64,000 nt of DNA from Macrostomum lignano (lineage: Eukaryota), in contig NIVC01003143.1 in the NCBI GenBank assembly GCA_002269645.1, forward strand, positions 53,198 to 117,197. The letters are read 5' to 3'. Each line of letters opens with the position of its first letter. Within the stretch, counting starts at the first letter, position 1. Below, piece by piece: positions 45,401 through 55,075 of this stretch. The notes beneath the pieces were generated by a model. That model was not told where the DNA came from. It saw only the letters and a program-made list of their open reading frames with translations, and searched no databases. A program made the position numbers and the translations under genes.

Positions 45401-47917
45401 GAAATTGGCCTCTAAAAGTACATGATCTTTGAGTTCAGGTCCTGTTATATACTACCATTTTACTCGGATGCGCGGCGCATCTGAAGGCTGCGTACGGCTG
45501 TTCAGTCCAAGGACTGGGGGTGGGTCGCCACACACCCTCAATAACCCCAGCTAATGCTGGCACCCATTTTACAGCTGGGTGAACTGTAGCAATGCAGAGT
45601 TAAGTGTCTTGCTCAAGGACACAAATTGTTTCCAGTGGGTCGAGAATCGAACCCCCGACCTTTCAGTTATGAGTCCGACGCTCTGACCACTAGGCTGCAA
45701 GCGCTGCCAATGCAATCATTTTCCCAGGAAATAGGCCTCCAAAAACTACAAGATCTTTGAGTTTCACTACAGTGGTGCTTGAATTCACCCAAGAAACCCC
45801 TGGTACTTTATAAAACCCATCTGAAATCCCCAAAAAGCACCTTGGTGAACTTGGACAGGTCGCGCATCAGTCGAAAGTCTCGCCGCATTTCATCCGTGAT
45901 GCCGGTCACGTAGCAGAGCTCCGGCACCAGGCACTTCGGAGGCTGTTCAATTAAACGGCCATCGCTGCCTCGAGTTGGCTTGACCCGGCTAATGAGCAAG
46001 GGCTGGTGCGGGTCCTGAATTTCCAACCGGTACTGCTGCCTGTAATAGTCAATGTAGGATACCTGTCGTCCGCATCGCTCGAACGTGCTGGTGCAGTCCT
46101 TGCTCATGTCGATTTGGTCAACTCGCGAAAACCTATTGTTGTAGCGAGTGACAACCGTGGACTCCAACAGAGCATCGTTCATAGCGTCTAAGCGGTAGCC
46201 GAGGCACTGAAACAGCTCGTAAACTGTTTGGGTTCGAACCACCCGGCAGCTGGACTCAACCATTAGGTGGAGGCCGCCGTCCACCTGACTGGCCGAGGTG
46301 ATGTAGCCCGGCCACACCTGTGGACAGATTGAGCTGGCATTGCAGATTACTATCGATGCCCCCCTCTGTGGGTTTCTCCAAAAGTCCAAATGGGATTCTC
46401 CACAAATCCAACTGGGATTCTCCATAAGTCCAACTGGGATTCTCCATAAGTCCAACTGGGATTCTCCATACGTCCAACTGGGATTCTCCATAAGTGCAAC
46501 TGGGATTCTCCACAAATCCAACTGGGATTCTCCATAAATCCAACTAGGATTCTCCACAAATCCAACTGGGATTCTCCAGAAGTCCAACTGGGATTCTACA
46601 CAAATCCAACTGGGATTCTCCATAAATCCAACTGGGATTCTCCACAAATCCAACTGGGATTCTCCAGAAGTTCAACTGGGATTCCCCAAAAGTCTAACTG
46701 GGATTCTCCATAAATCCAACTGGGATTCTCCATACGTCCAACTGGGATTCTCCACAAATCCAACTGTGATTTGCCACAAGTCCAACTGGGATTCTCCACA
46801 AATCCAACTGTGATTCTCCTAATTGCTTTCTCCAAACTGCTTTTAAAGTTCATCATGTTTAAATTTAAACATCCAATCTCCAAACAAAACGTGAATTGAA
46901 AGCGCTCACCTCCATACCGGACACTTTCTCAGCCAGCATTGGATTAAAGTAGTTCCGGCGCACTTGCACCAAATCCATGCGAGCCTGCACAGACCGGAAT
47001 ATCATATTGTACACGCTGGGCAGGCTGGACAGGGCGGCCTGGCCAACCAGCTGCAGCTGAACGGCCACCCGCATGCCGCCTGACGCCACTTCGTACACGA
47101 CAGAGTCGCGAACCAGAGGCCGATTGGTGTACAAGCAGTTGCCTGAGACAACGCGGCCGGTGACGCGCTGGAACTCCTCGTCTTGAATGCCCAGCACCAG
47201 TCGGTCGCGCATCATCCGGGAGTCCACATGCGGATTCAGCGTTATGTTATACTGATAGACAACTGTGTGTTCGGCGCCTTCCACTCGCAGAAAATTGGTG
47301 CACAGGCTGATCGACTCGCCAGCAGTGCCACGCTGGTCCGACGGGCCGACTCGCTGCACCTGAGGCCGTCTGGCCGGTCGCCGAGCGGGGCCGGCATTGG
47401 CATCGGCAGGAACCTCCTGCCTCGGAGACTGCTGAACAGACAGGCGATTCATCGCTTCTGATGGAGGGGCAGCGGAGCCAGCGGCGGCTGCGGTAGACGG
47501 AGCAGGGGTCAAGCCGCGGCCAAATCCGCGAGCAAAGCCCGTGGCGGCAGCAGCAACAGGAGCCGCAGGCGCGGGTGCACTCGGAGCAGCCGGGGCGGAG
47601 TCACCGGTGCCCTCAAGGCGAGGACGAGGTGCGCCACGGCCGAACGGCACGAAGGTCGGGCCGAATTTGGCCGGTGGCGGCTTGGCGTCGGCAGCGGCGT
47701 CGGCTGAAGCAGGTGGCGACGGTACATCAGCAGCAGAGGCAGAGGCGGCGGCAGCAGCTGTGGCGCCCCGACCAAACTCTGTCAATCCCCGGCCAAAACC
47801 GGCACCCGCAGTGGCCGAAGTGGTGCCAGCAGCAGCGGCAACAGCAGCATCGGCTTCATGAGCCAGACCGATAACAAGGCCCCGGCTGAGCTGGCCTCGG
47901 CCGCGTCCAAAACTCAT
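42425..47917 (-). CDS. piwi: PIWI-clade Argonaute, 953 aa; exons 47917-46910, 46317-45841, 44974-44306, 43552-43147, 42726-42425
   Basis: RG-rich N-terminus, VWPGY...N/L1, PAZ (VVTRYNNR...SYIDYYRQQY...LVPELC), MID (YNAIKRLCC...PSQC) and PIWI ([65 protein letters not shown]...LFYL). Four GT-AG introns in phase; total 2862 nt. Confidence 0.97.
42790..43080. repeat. 21-bp minisatellite (GGGCGATTCTCAGCCTGTTTA)n, piwi intron 4
   Basis: About 13 units. Confidence 0.95.
43660..44260. repeat. 27-bp minisatellite (GTGAGTGAATCATCAAGCATACCGGAA)n, piwi intron 3
   Basis: About 22 units, two of them 24-bp variants. Confidence 0.95.
45045..45310. repeat. About 23-bp minisatellite (CTAGGTCAGGAAAAGTACATCTA-like), piwi intron 2
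   Basis: About 11 degenerate units. Confidence 0.85.
45481..45704 (-). mobile_element. tRNA-derived SINE with a conserved central core, piwi intron 2
   Basis: Minus strand reads GCCTAGTGGTCAGAGCG (A-box-like), then GGTTCGATTC (B box), then GTGTCCTTGAGCAAGACACTTAACTC and CACCCAGCTGTAAAATGGGTGCC, which resemble the shared core of Nin/V-type SINEs (from memory). Confidence 0.75.
46370..46820. repeat. 22-bp minisatellite (CCAACTGGGATTCTCCACAAAT)n, piwi intron 1
   Basis: About 20 units. Confidence 0.95.
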
Positions 47918-49023
47918 TTCGCACAATTAATGAATAGATTTGGCAGCAGGAGTCGGTAGGTGGCAGTCAGTTTAAACTTAATCAGCTTACTGGTCTAGAG
48001 TTTCAGGAAGAGACCAAATTTATTTCAATGTCATAGCCAAAATGGACCATTTTAAAAGTAACCAATATAATTTATAACTATGCCCTCCTGTATGGTATGA
48101 AGTCCTACTGTTTGCGTGTAGACATGTCCTCTTAATTTTAACCCCCAAGCCTGGCCAACCAGTAGTGTTTAAATATTTTGCTAGATTGTTGTAGAAAGCC
48201 AATACTTAGCAATACATGTACAAGTACAACTATATTATATGAAAGTATTTGTTTTATAGGTTAAGATTAAAAGTAAATCTTATTTAAGCACAAAAAGCTA
48301 TCTGCAGTATAATATGTTTAAGACAGTTTATTTGTTAGAATTCCAATGCCAATTAATAACTTATTTTTGGATCCAAAACCCCAATGCCAAACTGAAAACC
48401 AGGACACCAATTGACAGATGGCATCAATAAAAAATCCAAAATAAAAAATATTATATCTTTAATTGACTCTTTCCCTTAATAGCCTGGGCCTAAATAGCCT
48501 AGTCCAAGGAAGAAAGGAAAAGAAGAGCCTAGAACTCATCAATCATGATGAATTTAAAAAAATAGCCACCTTAGATTTTAACTTTGTTTATATTAAATAT
48601 ATTAAACATTGTCTATATTGTTGTTTAATATATTAAATTTGTCTTGTTCAGAAAGAATGCTCCAAAAATATAATAAATCAATTGACTAGTTGCTAAGAAA
48701 CTACTTTTTGTTTTTGATGTTTTCTAATTTTGATTTTTAAAAATCCAAAATTTCATAATTAGAACTAATCAGCTAGGCCTAGCTAAAGTCATCCTATCTA
48801 CCTCTTGAACAAGCTCAATGTTTGACTTAGCAATATTCATTCATGCTTGTAAAAAGACAAGGGACCCAATAATTGAAATCTTTGAAAGATATAAATCAAT
48901 AATGACAATTCAAATAGATAATTAACTTAGAAATATTCAATCAATTAGAGATCTCTTGAACCATTGGTTAGGCACTAAGTCAAGAAAGACCATGACTCAC
49001 TAGGCCTAATAGTATATATTGCT

Positions 49024-49737
49024 GGCTCATTCCATATAAGATGGACATATTTGGAAAATAGAAAAAAGTCAATATTTTTGCTTGCCATTGTCTTATTAGT
49101 CTATTTTTTTACCAAATGTTTTTATGTGCAATATATACAATCTAAGAATAAAGGAATAGTAAAATGTTGGATTAGTATGTTATCAATTGGCAAAAAGTCA
49201 TTTTTATAAAAATTTGGACATTTTTTGAAGCAAAAGACATCATTAAGATTTTGTACCTTTTAAAAACAAATAGAAAGCTTTTGAAGGTTGAAACAAACTA
49301 TAGATAAAAGTATAGTACTTGCATCATCAGATAAAAGCATTGGTGACCAAATAATCTATTATATTTTTAATGTATTAGTACCTCAAAGTTACTGAATTGA
49401 CAGAAAAAAATGTTACGACCATAATGTTACGACCATAAGGCTGCCTTTTCTTTTGTATCTTTGTTGCCTTTTGAGTTTATATATTCTAATAAAAGAGTAT
49501 GATTTCTAAAGATGTTCTGTAATATCAAAAATGAAAAATGTTATAAGACTTCTACCTTTTAGTTTCTATATGTCAAAAATCCTGTCGTTACGACCATAAG
49601 TGTCATTTAAGGTTTAATAGCATCTATACAAATTATGATATCTATATGAAACTCTATAAATATATTCTATTATTAGATTTCATTTTATAAGTAAAAATAG
49701 CCTGTCATGTTACGACCGTGCTGATATGGAATGAGCC
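49024..49737. mobile_element. Non-autonomous DNA element, about 714 bp, with 17-bp TIR GGCTCATTCCATATAAG / CTGATATGGAATGAGCC
   Basis: TIRs match 16/17; four subterminal GTTACGACC repeats in the right half; no clear TSD. Confidence 0.6.
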
Positions 49738-49777
49738 TACTACCCAATATATAGGCCACACTCTAGATCATATAATA

Positions 49778-50174
49778 TACGAAGAGCTTGCGTGCACGGC
49801 CGCCGTTCACGTAAGCTCAGAATTGCGTGCACGGCAGAGCTATATCTTATAGGCTTATACAGTAAGTCATATACTATTCGAATTAATATTCAAGTTAACA
49901 AAAAAACAATGAATTAAGATTACATTTGCAGTCCATGGTGTACGGGGGATAAAACATTATAAAACAATATAGTAAAAATATTTTTTAATTAGGTTTGCCA
50001 ATGCCAATGCGTGGATTTAAGGGCCCAGTCACGGCCAATTGCCGGCTGCCGTGCACGCAATTACAACACTAGGTGGACGGCTGCATACATGCAAATAAAG
50101 CACTAGGTAGATAGCCGCCGTGCACGCAATTCTGAGCTTACGTGAACGGCTGCCGTGCACGCAAGCTCTTCGTA
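49778..50174. mobile_element. MITE, about 400 bp, with about 60-bp terminal inverted repeats, TA-flanked
   Basis: TACGAAGAGCTTGCGTGCACGGCCGCCGTTCACGTAAGCTCAGAATTGCGTGCACGGC at about 49778-49835 is the reverse complement of about 50117-50174 with one mismatch. An extra GCCGTGCACGCAA copy lies at about 50048. Confidence 0.85.
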
Positions 50175-52281
50175 TAATATATACCAAAAATTTAGGCATG
50201 CATTGGCCTTGCACACCAAAAGTAAGCATGCACAGTTGGTATGTATCACTCCTAAGAAAAAGGTATACGTGCACACCTGGCATGCACTTTATAGAATCAG
50301 TGGAAAAGTTATTATAAAATAGAAAAAAAGATGACAAAAGCTCATTTTAAGAATAAATTACAAGCTTTCCAGGTTTTTTAAACTCATAAAAAGGCATTTA
50401 AACAAATCTTTGCATGTATTAATTTTTTGCTATAAATAGTAGGCTTATTACCAAAAAAGCGAAAAAAATCAACCAAATTATTTGCCAAAAAAGATCCAGC
50501 AATCTTCAAGTTTTGTTTGTTAAATTATCTAGATCCACTATGCAGTTCAAAAAAGGTCATTTATTGTCACACATAAAAAAGGTCACTTAATGTCACAACA
50601 CCAGCATACTTTTGACAATAAGCATACACTCAATTTTTTTGGCATGCATTTAAAATTATTCAATTTTTTGGGTATGCACGCACCTAGCATGTTCTGGACT
50701 ATGGTGTGCAGGTTTAGCTAGAACTTGGCTAAACCTCGTCATTCCTAGTAAACTAGCCATCTAGAAACAACCTTTTAATTTATCTATTAATAAATAGCCA
50801 TTTTCTTGATGATATTCATAGGGGCGTAACATAAAATTATAAATTGAGAAAATATACTTAGCAATATTTTATACTTAGCATGCTGATCTTTTAGCTTTAG
50901 TTTGATATTTGACACATAAATTATTCAAGATACTGAGGAGCTAGATCAAAGAGTATTGTCTTATTGAGCATTGAGGTTTAGAGGTATGTCATGGTCTATT
51001 GGTCTATATATATTTTTTGTGATGTGTTCTGGGGAAATTTTGTCAGTTTGGAATAAATTTTAATGGCCAACGAAAACTTTGCAAAATTTTATATTTTGGT
51101 CTCCATGATATACTCTTACTATAAGTATTAGTTGTCAGTGTTCCTGTTTCAGTTCCATTGCACGCGAAAAAAATCCGGATAATTAATGTAAAGTATTTTT
51201 ATGTATTAATTGAATCTCCGCACTTTTTATGATGTATCCGGCGTTCTTGAATATTATTGTGTTATTATTTAGTCAGTATTTATTCAGTAAGGAGTTTCCT
51301 ATTTCCGCGATACTTACTGTACGTACTTTATTACTATTGATTTACTGTATGTTAATTCCTATCGTATTTGAAACGCGAAGGCGCTGTGTTTGGTGTTAGG
51401 GTTTTTCTTCTAGGCGCTGTAGTAGTTGTAGAGAGTAGCGTAGTTTCCAGAATTCGAGTCCATCCAGTTTAAATAATAAATCTAATTACTTTTATTACAA
51501 ATAGATTATACAAATAAATATGAATTAAATTAAGGCGCATTGCACCCACCAAGCAAAGACGCATTCATTCATCCGTCTGTCATCACAACGAATATTCTTT
51601 TTGAATTTTTTGACTTCAAGAAGTTAACGAAATAGTAGTAGTAGTAGTAGTAATTTGGCTCAGGCAAGAAGCCTGTTTGGCCAGTATATGTCAGTGTATT
51701 TAATATTAATATTATTTCAATAGAATGGGATCTGTGCGGCGAGTTTTACAATAATATAGTATTTGAAAGGGCGCCAATTTTTTTTTTTTTTTACGAAACT
51801 TCAAAAATCTTTAACGGCAAACAAAGCAAAAAGTATTTAAGTAAGGAATTAAAAGACAAGTATGGTGTCACTTGAATTCGTAGGTGATAAAAATAAGTTT
51901 ATATGTATTAATCAGACAAAAAAATCAGATGAAAGGATTGCTGGCAATTATTAGGCATTAAATATGAAGGGTATTTTTGAAGCAAATATGTAAGAAAGAA
52001 ATAACCAAAAATAGAGTGCTTAAATAAAAATAAGGCGCGATTAGAAAAAGAAATTTTTTACATAAATAAACGCGTAATACGGGATAGATTGCACCGGTAT
52101 TGTTTACTCGAAGAGGGGTAGGGACTTAATAGCAAGAGATGCATAGTAGCAAGAGGGAATAGCAAGTAAAGTATCAAGGTAACCAGGGATTCAATTGGTG
52201 TAAGACGGTCAGCAACAGCGTGGTACACATGGTGTTCTCTATAATTTTCATGTCGGTTAAGGAGGGAGATTTGCTATGAGT

Positions 52282-52530
52282 TTATAGATCTTCTCGATAG
52301 CTAGCAAATCTTTTTTATTTTTGTTTTCGTTTGTAGCATAGCCTAAACTGTAAAAGTGTCTTGTGCTCAGGTGGCTTTGGTTAAAGTATTTTTTCCTGAC
52401 ATCTAGTATACCGACACATTCAGTTGTATAGTGTAAGATATTATTGCCTGAATCTCTGCCACAAAGTTTGCATTTTTCTTGGGTGTATTTGCTTGGTAAG
52501 AACTCAGTTTTAAGCTTAAGCAGAATTTCT
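52282..52530 (-). mobile_element. 3' fragment of a LINE ORF2 with a CCHC knuckle
   Basis: Minus-strand frame LLKLKTEFLPSKYTQEKCKLCGRDSGNNILHYTTECVGILDVRKK gives C-x2-C-x8-H-x4-C followed by a stop. Confidence 0.5.
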
Positions 52531-53310
52531 AGGAGTTTTTTATTTCTAAAAATACTGGGAAAGTAGTTTTTTAAGTTAGGCTTGAAAATATTCTTATATA
52601 TTCTTATTTTACATTAATACAATTTAAATAATATCGTATAACAAACCTTTTAAACAAAAACTAAAGATACCAAATCCAAAGCCCCAAAAAATAACCATGT
52701 TACCACGATGTACCTTAAATCCTTAATAGAGCCAAATAAAATTCGTGTCATAGAATACGAGCAATCCGTTTCGGGGCACTAACAATACCTTTTTGCAGTT
52801 GAATTTCACAACTACAAAACCTCATCGTTCAGAAAAGTCTCGCCAGACGATACATTAAGTAGTTTTACGCTCGTAGGTTTTAAAGTACTAATATACAGAA
52901 AACAGCGAAAAAAGAAAGCAGCGAAAACACTGTCACAGTTTTAGAATTTTAATTAAAATGAGAATCAGTGAAAATGAAATGAAAATCATTAAAATCATTT
53001 GAGCCGTTTTTTCGAAAATCAATCACAGACGGATAGATACATTAGATAGATACATGTAGAGACAATTAACTCATTTTTTGTATACCGGACTACGGTACAT
53101 TGTCATTACAGTTAAGGGACAAAATGTTTATAGCGACGCACATCATATCGCTATTCCAAAGAAGCCTGGCATGAGAGACGGCTTGAGGAGCAGCGAGCCA
53201 TATATCTATCTGCCTGCAGTCTTGGATTTTTCAACCGGAAGCTGCAACATTTACATGTATATCGTCTTTCCAGCCAGTTACTGAATCCGTATTTGCGGTC
53301 TGAGCAGAAC

Positions 53311-54745
53311 GGGTTTCAATCGGCCCTATCGCGGCACAGTGTCGCAGATCCTGGCTCTTCGCCGAGTCATCAAGGAAGCGCGGACCTGCCAGGTCAAAAC
53401 TATTGTTTTCTAGCTTTTTGACTTATATGTAGGATATCAGCTTTCAACTCGGTCGTGATCGGGCCGTGTGCTCTGAATAGTGCTTCGTGCATACGACGTG
53501 CCAGAGCTGACTCGCTGTCATGGCGCTGTACGTATCATGGCACGAGCGATGCCGTGCTGACATCGGACGGTCTATCAGATTTCGTTGAGAAATCCTCTGG
53601 AGTGCTTCGGGGAGATATGCTTGCGCCGTTCGTGTTCGTCCTGGTGCTTGACTGGGTGCTGCGGAACGCTCTTCCTGCTAGCTGCAGCAACGTGTATGTC
53701 GATGCTAACCGGAGAGTCGGCTCAGCGTGCTTGGCTACGCCGACGATCTCGCCCTGCAAGCTGTCCTCGACCGTCTAGGACACCCAGTTCCAGCTGGACC
53801 GGCTGGTGAGCGTTGCGGCGAGCATCGGCCTGGTGGTCAACACGCAGAAGACCGTCGTGCTCTGAATGCCAGATGATCTCGAGGCTGCAATTCTATGCCT
53901 ACGACGGGCAGGTGACGAAGCTTCGTGCTGTCAGCAGTTCGTCTACCTCGGCGGTCTGGTGCCTGACGTCCGCGAGGACCTGCGACGTTGCCGTGGACTT
54001 GCTTGGGCTGCCTTTCGCTCTGTGAATGCTGTCCTGCAGTCCGAAGCCATGCCCAACCGCCAGAGAGCGGCGTTGTTCCAGGCGGTGATCGAGACCGTTC
54101 TGTTGTACAGCCTGGACGCTGGACGCCGAGACCTGGACGCTGACGGATTCGCTCGAGCAGCTAGTCGATGCGGCGCAGGCTGGCCTGCTGCGCGCCGCCT
54201 TTAAAATCTGCTACGAGCGAGTCACCAATGCGGTACTCAGTCGCCGCACCGGGCAGGGGCGTAGCCAGGAATTTCTCACGGGTGGATGCAGGGATATGAG
54301 TAGCTTGCTGCTACTTATACTTGCTGGCCACAGTGAGCAGTTCACAGGAAAATTAAGCGCCATAAATCAATTTCTTACACCCACCGACCAGGCCCACGGG
54401 GGGATACATCCCCGTACCCCCCCTTGCCTACGCCACGGGCACCGGGCTGTTCCGTCCCAGCGAACTTTTGCGCCGACTCCAGCTGGCAGGCCGGATTTCA
54501 TCCGAGATGAGTCCTACTGACTACAGGCGGTGCAGGAGGTGCTGCTGTTGCTGCTGCTGACGCTGCAGCCTGCAGGCACCCTACCAGCGGGGACAAGCGC
54601 GCACTCGGCGTTTCGTTGACTGCCTGCTGGCTGATGCCGGCGCCCCAGACATTGCCGGCGGTGCGGCCTACGTTCGCGCCAAGGCTCTGAAACGCGCGCC
54701 CTGTGACGTTGTTTTACCCCGCTTGACTTGCTTGACTGCATGGCT
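53311..54745 (+). mobile_element. 5'-truncated, decayed RTE-like non-LTR retrotransposon
   Basis: RT remnants in shifting frames: SQILALRRVI.EAR, SGVLRGDMLAPFVFVLVLDWVLR, GYADDLAL, IGLVVNTQKT, FVYLGG, ALFQAVIETVLLY. Short CTTGA-repeat tail at about 54722-54736. Confidence 0.8.
54254..54438. mobile_element. 185-bp hAT-type MITE inserted in the RTE fragment
   Basis: Exact 8-bp TSD GCACCGGG at 54246-54253 and 54439-54446; imperfect TIR CAGGGGCGTAGCCAGG / CCTTGCCTACGCCACGG. Confidence 0.8.
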
Positions 54746-54772
54746 GACAATGTATTTTGCTGTGTTAGCTTC

Positions 54773-54993
54773 TGTATTGGATTTGGAGTGCCTGCGTACC
54801 GACCCTCTGCTATGTGTAGCGTCGCAAGTGTACACTTGGCGGTCCCCGTCTCAGAGTGTGTTGGGGTGGGGTTGATGTGCGTGAGGCGTTGTTGAGTCAG
54901 AATAAGCAATAATTTAGCCACAGGGCTCATTTACCCGTTTTTTTTGTTAAAGTCTAACCCTCAGATTTATTAGACTTGATTATTTCTTTAACA
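54773..54993 (+). repeat. 5' LTR, 221 bp
   Basis: Near-identical to the 3' LTR apart from a 36-bp gap, a 2-bp indel and about 3 substitutions. Confidence 0.95.
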
Positions 54994-55005
54994 TGGCGCC
55001 CGAAC
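54994..55005 (+). promoter_or_regulatory. Primer-binding site complementary to the 3' end of tRNA-Lys
   Basis: TGGCGCCCGAAC directly follows the 5' LTR and matches the first 12 nt of the known tRNA-Lys(UUU) PBS. Confidence 0.75.
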
Positions 55006-55075
55006 CAAAATCACAGTAAAATCAAGCAGTGAGCGCAAGAGTGCTACAGTGACTCAGCGATTTTTCAACAACAGC

